NCBI GenBank assembly: GCA_951406725.2
Contig: OX597829.1
Location: forward strand, 18,290,001-18,354,000
Reading direction: 5' to 3'
Length of the DNA stretch: 64,000 nucleotides
DNA from: Octopus vulgaris
Lineage: Eukaryota
Of this stretch, positions 39,004-52,574 are shown one piece after another. The position numbers and the translations under genes were made by a program. The notes below the pieces were generated by a model. That model was not told where the DNA came from, did no database searches, and saw nothing but the letters and a program-made list of their open reading frames with translations. Position 1 is the first letter of the stretch. Each line of letters opens with the position of its first letter.

Positions 39004-41133
39004 TTATATACATATATATAACCAGCCAAAATTGCAAAGATAATCTGGAACTTGACTGAGGATAGAAAACCCCGAATAATCCGTCCTTGTATCGTCTGTC
39101 TGGATATTTTGTTTTCCCTTTTTTTTGTTTCACCTGTCTCGATGTTTTTTGTTCTTCTCCCCTTTTTGTATTTTTTATATATAAAATATAGCGGCATACG
39201 AACACTTTGGTCTCATATATATATATATATATATATATACATACATATAAAGGTCAAAGAATGAAGGCTCAAAATGTCAAAGACTTTTCCATTCTTCCTG
39301 AGCATCAAACTAATACACCTGCTTGTTCTTTCACCTGTCTTCATATTTTGCTATCTGTAAATAATTTGAACGATATATATATGTATATGTGTGTGTGTGT
39401 AAGTATATAAGTGTATATATATATATATAAATATATACATACACACATATATATATATATATATGATAGATTGCTAACCACTAAACCTTTTTTATTTTCT
39501 CTCTCTGTTTATTTCTGTTGAAGAGTGTAGGCTCAAAACGTAAAAGACTTTCTTACTTCTCAAACGTTAAACTAATACATCTGTTTGTTTTCTACACACT
39601 TGTCTCCGTCTTTTGTTTTGTTCATAAATTCTCACTATATATATATATATATATACACAGGCGCAGGAGTGGCTGTGTGGTAAGTAGCTTGCTAACCAAC
39701 CACATGGTTCCGGGTTCAGTCCCACTGCGTGGCATCTTGGGCAAGTGTCTTCTGCTATAGCCCCGGGCCGACCAATACTTTGTGAGTGGATTTGGTAGAC
39801 GGAAACTGAAAGAAGCCTGTCGTATATATGTATATATATATGTGTGTGTGTGTCTGTGTTTGTCCCCCTAGCATTGCTTGACAACTGATGCTGGTGTGTT
39901 TACGCCCCGTCACTTAGCGGTTCGGCAAAAGAGACCGATAGAATAAGTACTGGGCTTACAAAGAAGAAGTCCCGGGGTCGATTTGCTCGACTAAAGGCGG
40001 TGCTCCAGCATGGCCGCAGTCAAATGACTGAAACAAGTAAAAGAGTAAAAGAGAGAGTACACGAGCTTATTTCGGTTTGTTTACCAAATCCAATTACAAG
40101 GTTTTGGTCACCCAGTTTGCCATGCAGTGGGACTGAACTTGGAGCAATATTGTTGGGAAGCAGACTTCTTACCACACATGCACCTATATACATCTACATT
40201 GTAACTGACTTCAGGTTTGGCAGACTGGTTCCCTGTTGGAAAGAATCTCTGGTGCAATACCCCAAACATTCTATCACCATCTGAGCAACAAACACAACCA
40301 GGGATGTTTTTGATGCAATGTGCTAGTTGAAGCAGAACAGACTTTAAATCAATAATCTTCAGTCAGGGAGTCTACAGACTCATGGTGGTACACAAAAGTA
40401 GAATTGGAAGAAGATGAGTGTCTTTTGAGTAGAATGAGCTTTCAAAAGCCTGGTGTTATAGGAAAATTTCTATAGGAAAAATGGGGGACTGCAGTAGAAA
40501 AATTGTAGGGAAGCACTACTTCAATTTTTTTATTTTTTTTATTTTATAATCTCCTAGAAGAAGGAAAGTAAGGACCCGAATGATTGAAAGAGAGTGGGGA
40601 CTCACACAGACAAAGAATTAGTAAGGAAATTTAGCAATAGCAATGAAGAATGAAAAGGCCCAAAACCAAATCAGTGATAGAATTATCCATCCGGAATGTA
40701 GTTTTATTGCTTTAACATGGTGATAACAAAATTATTATGTAATTATGAAAAAAAAAATTAATTTAAAACAAATGTAAAATGTAAATAATAATGAAAGAAT
40801 AAAAAAATAAAGAAATATAGTGGAAAAAGGAAAACAGATTGAAAGAAAATTCAAGATGTTTCATTCTTTATTTTTTATTTAAAAAACTGCAAAAAAAAAA
40901 GAAAAGGAAAAAAAAATTACATTAAGGAATAATTAAGCCATTTTCGGTTGTTTTTTTTTCTGATGGCTTACATGATGAATTTAATGTTATCACCAATTAA
41001 GACATTATATTAGCGTGAAGATATTAACCACAGCTCATTTGAGATCCCGGAGATAACCATGTCCACCAGCAACGTAACCAATAAGGTTACGTAACGCTGT
41101 TAAGTTACCACTTCATGGTCTCCATTTTGAATC

Positions 41134-41159
41134 TTAATTACTTTTCTCCTGCTCTATTA
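41134..41159 (-). CDS. TMSB: Beta-thymosin, last coding exon (IIEQEKSN*)
   Basis: A strong polypyrimidine acceptor ttttttctctcgttacag| is followed by TA ATA GAG CAG GAG AAA AGT AAT TAA. The phase matches the A left by the upstream exon and gives the conserved IEQEK C-terminus. An AU-rich 3' UTR follows, with AATAAA candidates near 40874 and 40530. Confidence 0.9.
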
Positions 41160-42263
41160 CTGTAACGAGAGAAAAAAAAGAGAAAAAAATTATTTACTTT
41201 ACATTGTGAAAAGGAATAGGCAATGCACAAATACAAAAAAAAAAAAAAGAAAAATACTGTAATTATACCAAAATTCTATAAAACAATGTCTGGTGTCCTA
41301 TTGGATAAGTTTAGGAACCAATGAAAAGTTTCCCATATGTATATAGTGATTCCCTTCTACTTATTGCCCATAGTTGTAGCATTCACTGGATTACTTGGAC
41401 CCAGCCATCATCATCCTCATCATCATCACCATGTCATCATCGTTTCTGCCATCATCATAATGCCTACTTTTCCCCACTTGTATGGGTCAAACAGAGTTTA
41501 TTGAGGCACATGTTCAATGGCTGTATGCCCTCCCTATCACCTACCCCTACCAATCTCCAAGCAAAAAGTAATACTTCTCCCCATGGCAGACATGTTTTTG
41601 CAGAATATTGGAAAGGAATGGCACTGCTTGTACGACAGTGATGCTCATTTACAACTATCATGTGACTTCACGATAAGGAATACACAAAGACAGACATTTC
41701 AATCTATCAAATCCAGTCATGGGGCTTTGGTCAGCACAGGACTATAGTAGAGGACATCTGCTTCCCAAAGTGCAATGCAGGACTGAACCAAAAACCATGT
41801 GATTGGGAAATTAATTTTTTAACCACACAGCCACACCTGCACCTCAGTACAAAAGAGAAAACTCATGTCGGTTATACATGGGAAGTTATACATGACCACT
41901 TGTCCTAGAAGAAATAATAGCCAATTTTCCCTCAAATTACAAGCTAGCATCTTAAATAAATATATAAAAAATAGATGGCCTCGTATGGTAATGCAATCCT
42001 ATATATTCAAAAATAAAAGATGGAATTACTTCAATTCATAAATCTGTTCAATCAGGACTGACTTATGGTCAGGCAACAATTAAAAACAAGAACAACTGTG
42101 AATTAATTACAGTCAAACAAAATGAATCTGTAGTTCTTAAGTATTCTTACCAAAAATTCTGTACATGGAATGGTAAAGATGAAGTGATGACTGTTGATAA
42201 GCATTTTCACTGACTGAGCTAGATGTAAATCATAACCAATATTTTATAACTTATTTAACCCTT

Positions 42264-42575
42264 TGGAGGCGCAATGGCCCAGTGGTTAGGGCAGCGGACT
42301 CGCGGTCGGAGGATCATGGTTTCGATTCCCAGATCGGGCGTTGTGTGTGTTTATTGAGCGAAAACACCTAAAAGCTCCACGAGGCTCCGGCAGGGGGGGG
42401 GGTGACCCCTGTTGTACTCTTTCACCCCAACTTTCTCTTACTCTTTCTTCCTGTTTCTTGGGTAACGCTACAATAGACTGGCGTCTCGTCCAGTTGGGGG
42501 TAACACATACGCCACAGAAACCGAGAAACCAGGCCCATGAGCCTGGCTAGGCTTGAAAAGGGCACATAAGTAAAA
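42264..42575 (+). mobile_element. tRNA-derived SINE family C (representative copy)
   Basis: Head ggaggcgcaatggcccagtggttagggcagcggactcgcgg...ggtttcgattccc contains A and B boxes, with TSD ttaacccttt on both sides. Other copies: 10143-10433(-), 12893-13140, 14098-14428(-), 35564-35830, 37985-38374(-), 43415-43780, 50560-50882(-). Confidence 0.88.
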
Positions 42576-42579
42576 AAAA

Positions 42580-42806
42580 TTAACCCTTTAGCATTCAGAT
42601 TACACTGTCAAATGTATTACTTATTTATTCACATTGTCTTGAATCAATCATATTATCTCATGGATTTGAAATTTTGATAAGGTGATTGTATATTTTTTCA
42701 ATGGCATTGTTGGGTAGGTGTGATAGGCCAGATCTGGCTGGTTTGAACATAAAACAGGTAGAATATTTAGGCCATATATGGATAGTTTAAATGCTACAGG
42801 GTTTAA
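42580..42806 (+). mobile_element. piggyBac-type MITE (second copy at 43513-43742)
   Basis: Termini TTAA-CCCTTTAGCA...TGCTACAGGG-TTTAA, and the body matches the units at 13643-14657. Confidence 0.75.
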
Positions 42807-44019
42807 AGGCAGCAAGCTTGCAGAACCATTAACATGATGGGCAAGATCCTAAGTGGTATTTATGTTCTGAGTTCAAATTCTGTTAAGGCTGACTTTGCTT
42901 TCATACTTTCAGCATTGATAAATTAAATACCTATTTCTTTACTACCCACAAGGGGCTAAACACAGAGGGGACAAACAAGGACAGACATAGGTATTAAGTC
43001 GACTACATTGACCCCACTGCGTAACTGGTACTTAATTTATCGACCCCGAAAGGATGAAAGGCAAAGTGGACCTCGGCGGAATTTGAACTCACAACGTAAC
43101 GCAGACGAAATACCGCTAAGCATTTCGCCCGGCGTGCTAACGTTTCTGCCAGCTTGCCACCTTATAAATTAAATACCAGTTGACTACTGTGGTTGAGGCA
43201 ATCAACTTATCCCTTTCCCCCGAAATATCTGGCCTTGACTGATTTGGAGGTTGTACATCTGTACAGCCTTTAATTTATTTCAGTAAAGCAGCCGTTGTTT
43301 CGTCTGGAACCAACTTTCATTAAGTAAGACCTATATGCAGAGAAATTCAAACTATCACTACACCATCTGTTTGTAATCAAACTGTGTTGTGTATCTAGGG
43401 CAATATTATGTATCAGAAAGGTATGTGGGTTAGTGCTTAAGATGTTCAGCTCATGATTGTGGGGTCACAAATTCGATTCCCAACAAAGCATTACCTCCTT
43501 GAGCAAGATGCTTTAACCCTTTAGTGTTCGCATTATTCAACCAAAATTAATGCTTCTTCATCTACATTGTTTTGAATTAACCATGCATTTATCTTGTAGC
43601 TATGAGATTTTGATGAGGTAGTTGTTAATTTTTAAAACAATATTGTAGGGTTGGTGTGAGAGACCAGATCTGGTCAGTTTGAACATAAAACAGGTAGAAT
43701 ATTTTTGGCCGGATATGGCCGGTTTAAATGCTAATGAGTTAATTCAAGTTCCTCCAGTCTACTCAGCTGGCAAAAATGGATGCACAGATACATACACACA
43801 CACAAATCATGAGAGATAGGTAAATATTATGCAAATATATTTAAATGCTAATTCCAAGATAAGTTCCATAAGATAACAGACACCAACATTTATAAAATTT
43901 TCATTAGGCCTTCAAAGAATGTTTAGTTCCATTAAGGAAGATAAAAGAAAGATGGAGACAGCTTGCTACTAACCAAATATGCTAGATAGATAGAGAAGAT
44001 AGAGATAGAGAGAGACAGA

Positions 44020-47000
44020 CAGATAGAGAAAGAGAGGTTTCTTTTCAATTTGATGTGGTCAATTCATTGAAATTTCATTACAAAACATTTTTCTTTCTTT
44101 TTTCTTTCAATTGTATACCTATCAACATATTTGTAAATAAACATTTCCTCACAAGGATGGTGACCTCTCATGATGTCAATTTTAGGAAGTAGGATGGAAG
44201 AAATAAGAAAAGAGGGAAGGGTGCAGTCATCACTGAAAAATAAAAAAAGGGTCTGAAGTTCAAAGTCCTATGAAAATGTATATTCTTTTACACTTGTATA
44301 GTCAAGTCCCATATTCAGTGTAATTCCATGTTTTGTATGAACAAACATTAAATATTAGTACAATATTCATAAATTAAGAAAAAGTCAGAATGTAAAAACA
44401 TAATTTGATACTGTTTATAATTCAATCTATTTTCTATGTGCATTTAATCAAACATCATAAATTAATTTTGTATGTATATTGTATATTTAACTGGAATCCA
44501 CTTTTTAGGATATAAATTATATGATAAAGCAGGGCCTACTTAAATATATTTTTGAGTATCTTCCATCTTTTTGTAGGATTTATTTTTATTTTTATTTTTT
44601 TGTTTGTTTGGCTAAGATAATTCAAAAGAAATATTTTTCACAAATTACTTTGCCAAGTAGCTCCATTAGATATCTTTCCTAATCAGTGGTAAAATGGTTC
44701 TAGTATTCTCTCTTGGGTATATGTAAGTTCTATGAGAACAACAATTATCAAAATTCCAATGTTATATATATATATATATCTAATCATTTATAGAGATGAC
44801 TATCACATTATTAACATTGGAGCCACTTTCTCTTCATCCATTATCATTACTATTAAAAATATTATAATAAAAATGTAGTTCCTCTGCTTCTCTTACAAAC
44901 ATTTAACTTTGGAGAGATTTTTTGATGAGTGTAGCTTCATTACTTTTCGGAATTTTGGGTCATCTCTTGAACATTTGTAAAAGGGAAAGATTTTAAACTT
45001 CTCTTCACCACATTTCTAAGTACTTGCTCAGGAATCTTGCTCAATTCTTCTTACCGGATGTGTTCTCTGTGGATTCTTACACGTTGGCAGAGGGAATTGT
45101 TTGTTTCACCGATGTAATTTTCCTTGCTGTAAGGGCAAGTAATGAAGCATATAAGATTCTGCGTCTTGCAGTTCATACATTTACTTTGAACAAGAAAGTT
45201 GCTGTTGTTGTTGTTGTTGTATGTTACACATCTGCTATTTCCACATTCTTTTACAGAGAATTCTGATTCATTCTCTGACGTGAATTTAGTCCTTGTGATG
45301 TTTTTTTTGAGATTTTTGGTTGGCTTCTACTGTGTCATAAGGGGTTTTTATCAATCAGATTTTTTATCTTGAAGCTTTGTAGAAGTATAGGTAGGTTTGA
45401 TTTTATGGTGTGAAAGATGTTGGCTACCCCAGGATTGTCATCATCATCATCATCATCATTTAACGTCTGTTGTTAATACTGGCATGGGTTGGACGGTTTG
45501 ACCAGGGCTGGTAAGCTGGAAGGCTGTGCCAGGCTCCAGTTTGATTAGGCATGGTTTTCTATGGCTGGATGCCCTTCCTAACACCAACCACTCTGAGAGT
45601 CTAATCAGTGCTTTTATGTGCCACTGGCCATTTGCGTGACACCAGTATCTGCCATGACTGATTTTGTTCAGCTTGATGGGTCTTCTTCTCAAGCACAACA
45701 TAATGCCAAAGGTCTTGCATATTGCCTCCATGAGGCTCAACACTTGAAAGGAACTGAGCTACTTTGCTGCTGTGTGTAGATTGATAAATGGAATCATGTT
45801 TGCACAAATTTTTTCCTTTGTTGTCCTTTCTTGTGTGATTCTCAGCTTCATTGCATTTTAATTCCTTCTTTTATTAATCCTAGGGGATATTTCTGCTTCG
45901 TTAGGAAGTCTTTGAGCTCATTGAATCAGATTTGACGTACGGTATGTCTTACCATGTTGTATGGGATGTTCCTTCTGATGTGTGAGGGATGGCAAGAGTA
46001 GAAATTCAAATATTGGTGCGTGTTCATTTTGTTGCAAAATATGTCTGATGTGACTGTGGAATTGTGTATTTTTATGTGAATATCCGGGAATGGTAATTCA
46101 TTGCAGCTAGATTCTGTTGTGAATTTGATGGATGAGTTAAGTGTATTGAGTATATTATTAAATATTTGTAGGTCCTCATTTAATTTGCCCCGAAAGATGA
46201 AGCATTTCCACATTTTAATGATGAATTTTTTGCAATCCTGATTAAAAGCTCTTTCTACTTCCTCGTAAAGCATTTCTTGCAAGTATCCCATGACTAGCAT
46301 ATGAGGATGCAAACTATGTCCCCATAGCTGTACCCTTTATCTGTTGATATATTTTATTATCAAATCTAAAGGTGTTTTCTTCTAGTACTAGGCCTTGGTG
46401 ATGAAGTCAGTTTTGAAACACTCATTTATCTGTCCTCTACGTTTCTCAACCCAATGCTTGAGTGCTTCCTGCTCAAAGTGTGAGATATATTGGTATAAAG
46501 ATTGGTGACATCAAAGCTTGTAAGTATAGTACTTTCTGAGACAGTTGGCAGAATATGTTGGATGAAATCTATGCCATCCCATATATTGCTGGGTATTAAT
46601 GGGCATAAATACTTTAGGAGTATGTCCAAAAAATGAGTCAGTTGTTGTGTTGGTGCTTGAGGTTCAGCAACTATTGGTCTCAGCTTGAGGTTAGTAGGTC
46701 TTAGTATTTTTATGTATTGGCTCCCTGCTTATTTATGGCTCCCTGTACTTCAGGGCTTTTGTGGATTTTGGGTAATCCATAGAAATTGCACTCTTTGATC
46801 CCAGAGTTGCATAAATAACCTTTCTCCTTGTCTGTGAAGGAATCTTAGTATTCATTATTTAGTGTCTTGATTTTATTCATTATTACTTTTTCCTGGTATC
46901 TTGGTTCTTCCTTGTTGTAGGTTTGGTCTGTCAGAACTTCCAATATTTTATCTTTATAGTAATCTTTGTCCATGATTACTATCGCCCCTCCCTTATCATC

Positions 47001-48115
47001 TTCTTTAAGGATGATTGAATAGTCGTTCTTCAGTGTTAGTAAGGCTTCCTTTCCTTCTTGATGAAGGTTTTGTTTGCATTTATGGGTACTTAGGGAAGAT
47101 TTCAAAATTGTGCCTGCATGTGTGTCTAAAGTTTTGTCATTCCCCTTGTAGGGGGTGAAGTGAGATTTATTTCTGACAACTTTTTCATAATTTATATCCT
47201 TATTGCCAAATAATTCTATAAGCAGGAGATGGCAGTTAAAATGCTCAATATCAGCTTTTAGTTCAATGAGATTAAGAGTGGGTGTCACTTTCAGTAGGAG
47301 GTTCATCTCATTCTTGTTGAGGTTTCTATTTGACAAATTGATGCTCTTTGGGTCTATATGTTCTGTATGCTCATTAAAATTTTTTTTATTGCATCAGGTC
47401 TGGTGCACAATTGTGGTATTTTTTCCCTAAAAAAGGAATTGTATTACTGTGTTTCTATTTTTTGTTGTTTCTGGGGTTCTGGTTCCCTTATAAGTTCCCT
47501 CATATCTAATGTAGCTACTTGGCAAAGTAATTTGTGGAAAAGATCTCTTTTGAATTATCTTAGCCAAACAAACAAGAAAAACAAAACTAAATCCTACAAA
47601 AAGATGAAAGATACTCAAAAATATATTTTAAGTAGGCCCTGCTTTATCATATAATTTATATCTTACAGAATGGCTTCCAGTTAAATATACAATGTACATA
47701 CAAACCTCATTTATGATGTCTGATTAAATGCACATAGAGAATTGATTCTGACTTTATTTTCTTAATTTTTAAATATTGCACTAATATTTAATGTAAGTTC
47801 ATACAAAACATGGAATTACATAGAATATGGGACTTGACTATACAAGTGTAAAGGAATATACATTTTCATAGGACTTTGAACTTCAGACCCTTTTTTTTAT
47901 TTTTCAGTGATAGCCACTTAATTCTTCATCCTACTTCCTAAAACTGACACCTTGAGAGGGCATCATCCTTGTGAGGAAATGTGTTTATTTACAAATATGT
48001 TGATTGGTATACAATAGGAAGAAAAAAGAGAAAGAAAAGAAAAATGCTTTGTAATGAAATTTCAATGACTTGACCACATCAAATTGAAAGAAACCTCTCT
48101 CTCTTTATCTATCCC
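44020..48115 (-). mobile_element. Degenerate Penelope-like element (RT + GIY-YIG) flanked by ~650-bp inverted repeats
   Basis: Frames encode DKGGAIVIMD, FYGLPKIHK, LRPIV, SFDVTNLYTNI, GTAMGT, IKFTTE and HQYLNFYSCHP, plus GIY-YIG NCKTQNLICFITC..YIGET..RVRIH near 45070-45180. Arms 44020-44673 and 47502-48115 are reverse complements. Confidence 0.88.
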
Positions 48116-48506
48116 TGTCTATTTAATCTGTCTATCTATCCATCCATCCATCATTTATCTATCTATCTATCCTTTCCCCATCCTTTGTAATTTTTCTACT
48201 CTTCTTGATTGTTCTGAAACCTCTTTCTTTGCCCACCCCTCTTTGTGTTTCTTTCTCTCTTGCTCCCTTTCCCCCCACCCAAATGAAAACAATATTCTCT
48301 TCTTCTAAAAGCATCTTATTCATATAAATGAACAATGAAACATTCTACTTTACCATTTTGATATTGATTTTGTTTTGAGGAATTCAATAAACAAACGGAA
48401 GTGCTAATAAAGGATTATCCAAAATTATGACTGCCTCCTTTTCCTATGCATATATATATATATATATATACAGCCACACACACATATATAAGTGTATTTT
48501 CTTAAT

Positions 48507-48547
<41 letters not shown>

Positions 48548-49236
48548 AGCATCATTTATACATCCACTTTCCCATGATGGCATTATTTAGACAGGTTGTC
48601 ATGATCAAAATCAATTTCTTTTCAAAGTCCTTAACAGAAACCTGCATCTCGTTCATACACACCTCTTTAGGTTTTGGTTTCTATTTTTATTGCTGGATGC
48701 CTGTTGTTATCACAAACCACTCACTCACTCACTTTCTTAATGGGTGCATTTTATCATGCCACCAACTCTAGGTTACAATCATTACACAAGCAGTACGAGC
48801 ATCCTATTAATTTGGTAAGTGGATTGCTTGCATAAGTGATATGATAAAGGTGAATGAAAGCGCTAACTGATCAGCTTCTCTGATCCCTACACACACCACA
48901 TTTTCAGGATTATAAGGGGGGAAAAAAAAAAAAAAAACCAGGTGAGGGTGTTCCCAGAGAGGAATAACATTTAAAATAGAAACGTGATTGTAGCATAATG
49001 TTTTTTTCTTCAGAGCATAATTTTTATGTTATTTAAATTGTTGAGTAGTAACAATATCAAACTGCCAACTTTTTTTGCCTTGATGGATATAAATCCACTG
49101 TAGGATATGTTGTATCAAAGCATCACTGTATCTAATATTATCTCAGTTCAGTTCACCTACCTTTGGAAAATACATACATTCATACATACATATATATATA
49201 TATATGCACACACACAAGAATATATGTATTTATGTG

Positions 49237-49279
<43 letters not shown>

Positions 49280-51682
49280 ATGTATGAATATATATGTGTG
49301 TGTAAGTATGTATGTATATGCATACATGTATAGCCGAACATCATTCCAAGAATGTAATTTACTACAGACTGACTGATATCCTATCCAAACAGAAATTTAA
49401 CTCATCCTCTTAAGACTACAAAATGAATAGGAAGGAAGGAAACAGTAAACTAGACACAGAAACTAGATGAAATTTTAGATGTTAGATTTACACAAGAAGA
49501 AAGATATCTAACACTCTTAACTTATACAAAGATGCAAAGTCAAAAATACTTGGAACGACAAAAATGTAATAGAACAAATTAACATGAGAATACAGAAGTG
49601 CCATTGTGACCAGTTTAACCATTCTTTCTTCAGATAAGGCATATTTTTGGCTACATTATCCAATATGTTTTCTTTCAAGTTGGTAATGTGGTTTGATTGA
49701 GATTTGACTACTATTTCTAGCATGTTGAGTGAAGTGGCTGCAAGTTGGCCTCTTATTTTGACCAGTTGTTGAACAAGCTGATGAATGAATTCTGTGATAG
49801 TTGCTGAAACAAGAAACCTCAGGAATTGTTTGTTTTGTACTTATCACAGAGTTAATAAGCTTATAAAGAAATCTAGCCTTTCCAGTGGCATTTACCAACA
49901 GTGAATTTTAATATGGGAAAAAGGAGGTAGAAAATTCACAGAGATCTTAGTAACCCCAACACAAATAATGAAAATTATTGAAAGAATCATGTCAAATATA
50001 GACAGCTGTTATATTTCTGTCAAGACAACTACAAAGAGTATATAAATTAAAATAACAAACAGTCCATTCGTTAAGCTAAGAGGGAAATACTAACTATGGA
50101 TATAATGTCAAAGAACTGAAAAAAGTTCAAATCTTGAAAAAGTAAACAAGCTCTTCGAGACCTGAACTTTAACATGGCCCAGAGAAAAATCAACAGAATC
50201 AAAGAAATGAATCAGAGATGTACTTACATAGAAAGCATTTCTATCTGAGAATGTTTGCTGAAACTAAAGCAGCAGTGGCATGGAAGACATATGATAGCCA
50301 CTCAAAAATGCTCAAAAACTGTTAGAACACATAAACATCTATTTGTAATATGGTGTCAAAATTTTCACCATTTGAAACTGTGAACTGGTCACAGACAAAA
50401 AAGGGTGTTTTGTTGAATCTCAGACAAAATTAATGATTTCTATGCTATATATGAAGACATGCATTTGCTATACATGAAGGCAGGTGTAAAAGAAAAGAAA
50501 TAAGCTAAATGACAATCATCTCAGGTTAATTGGCAAAACAAGAACAGCTCTGTACTGGTAATCCATTGGTTATGATGACAAAGATTCCAGTTGATTTAAT
50601 CAATGGAACAGCATACTTATGAAATTAACATGCGTGTAACCGAGCACTCTAGAGACACATGTACCCTTAACATAGTCCTCAGGGAGATTCAGTGTGACAC
50701 ATCAAAATGTGACAAAGCTGGCCCTTTGAAATACAGGCACAACTCATTTTTTTGCCAGCTAAATGAACTGGAGCAACATGAAATAAAGTGTCTTGCTCAA
50801 GGATACAATGCACCACCAGGAATTGAACTCATGGCCTTATGACTATAAACTGAATACCCTAACTACTAAGCCACATATCTCCATACATCTCTGTACACTA
50901 GATGCATCAAGTAGCAAACATTAGAAGCACCCTTTTAATATGAAGACAAGGGACTACTTATAAGGCTCAATGGCAATAGCCATAAAGTTCTACAACTGGA
51001 AATCATAATTAATACTCAGACAGAACAAACGTCTCAGCTATAAATATATTTCATCTGGAAAAAAATTATTTTTTACTTTGTTTATGATACAGACTAATTA
51101 ATATTGGCCTCTTACACAGGCACCAGACCAGAATTTAGAAAGGGAACAGACAATCATATCGTACAAATACTTGATATTTATCTATCAATTCCAGAAAGAT
51201 GAAAGGCAAAGTTGGTCTTAGTAAGATTTGAACTCAGAATATACAGCTCAGGAAGGTATTTTGTCCAACATTCTAATGATTCTCCTAATCCATCATCTCA
51301 TTAGTGACCAGTAATATTCTTGGAAAAATAATGAATGTAACATCTAATTTATGTACGTTCTTTTTCAAAAACTTATAATCTTAAAATTGTATACATCTGC
51401 TGGAATTACCAAATTTTAACTGAAACACTGAACTCTGTAAGAAAAAAGCATGAATGCCACAAATTCACATTTTTCTGACCCTAAAAATAATATCAAATTT
51501 CAGAAGCATACACACATACACACCCATGTACATATGCATACAGGCTTACACATGTACACAGAGATACAGATATACACACACATGTAAAGCTTGCAAATAT
51601 TTAGCGAACAATTTAGAAACCTCAAGAACTGAACACACAAAATTTCCTTAAAAAAACATATTAATAGTCATCAAAAACCTAC

Positions 51683-51782
51683 TTTCTTTAGTAGGCAAGG
51701 TATTTTTTTCATGTGTCTCTGCTTTCCTAAGATGACTCTTGTCAAAGGTTGCAATTTCAGTAAGATCTGGTTTCCCATCCAT
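51683..51782 (-). CDS. TMSB: Beta-thymosin (WH2 actin-sequestering peptide), first coding exon
   Basis: The minus strand reads ATG GAT GGG AAA CCA GAT CTT ACT GAA ATT GCA ACC TTT GAC AAG AGT CAT CTT AGG AAA GCA GAG ACA CAT GAA AAA AAT ACC TTG CCT ACT AAA GAA A|gtagg, giving [33 protein letters not shown]. This matches the beta-thymosin consensus KPDxxEIxxFDKxxLKKTETxEKNxLPxKE. The acceptor tatttttcag| starts the exon at 51803, an in-frame TAA lies upstream of the ATG, and a phase-1 GT donor is at 51682. Confidence 0.95.
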
Positions 51783-52304
51783 TCTTGATTAGTTTGGGGG
51801 TTTCTGAAAAATACAATAAAAATTTAAAAAATTAAATTTATGATTTTTTTTTTATTTATGGATTCCTATGTTATTAGACTGAAAGGGTTTTTTTTTTGTT
51901 TTTTGTTTTTGTTTTGTGCAGTCATGTGTTGATATATTGTTAGAATCATAGTCTAAAGATGTTGAGAAACAGGCATATTGTAACATAGATATTAACAAGA
52001 AACTACATGCAGAGAAAGATCAGTTGAGAATGTCACAGATATGATGTGATGGAATTGCTCCAAAAAGACCAAATAATGAAACATAAAAAAAAGTATGATC
52101 ACAACTAATAGATATCATCATCATCATCATCATCGTTTAGCGTCCGCTTTCCATGCTAGCATGGGTTGGACAGTTCAACTGGGATCTGGGAAGCCAGAAG
52201 GCTGCACCAGGCCCAGTCTGATCTGGCAATGTTTCTATGGCTGGATGCCCTTCCTAACGCCAACCACTCCGTGAGTGTAGTGGGTGCTTTTTATACATGG
52301 CACG

Positions 52305-52336
<32 letters not shown>

Positions 52337-52472
52337 TGTATACACATATATATATATAGGTATGTATACATATATACTATATATAATGTATATACATATA
52401 TATATGTATGTATACATATATACTATATATATATACATATGTATACATATATACTATATATATATACATATA

Positions 52473-52515
<43 letters not shown>

Positions 52516-52574
52516 TGTATACATATATACTATATATATATGTATATACATATATATATACATACATATATACT

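Noticed and set aside
42264-42340. tRNA gene
   Set aside because: It has A/B boxes but no complete cloverleaf, and it continues into a SINE body with a TSD.
49517-49805. Alternative in-phase thymosin exon after tttcttgtttcag
   Set aside because: The peptide has no thymosin similarity, and the region overlaps a dispersed repeat motif (gctagaaatagYagYcaaatctc) also seen near 41905 and 63828.
49900-51050. Possible highly decayed LINE coding sequence
   Set aside because: No unambiguous RT or endonuclease motif could be read.
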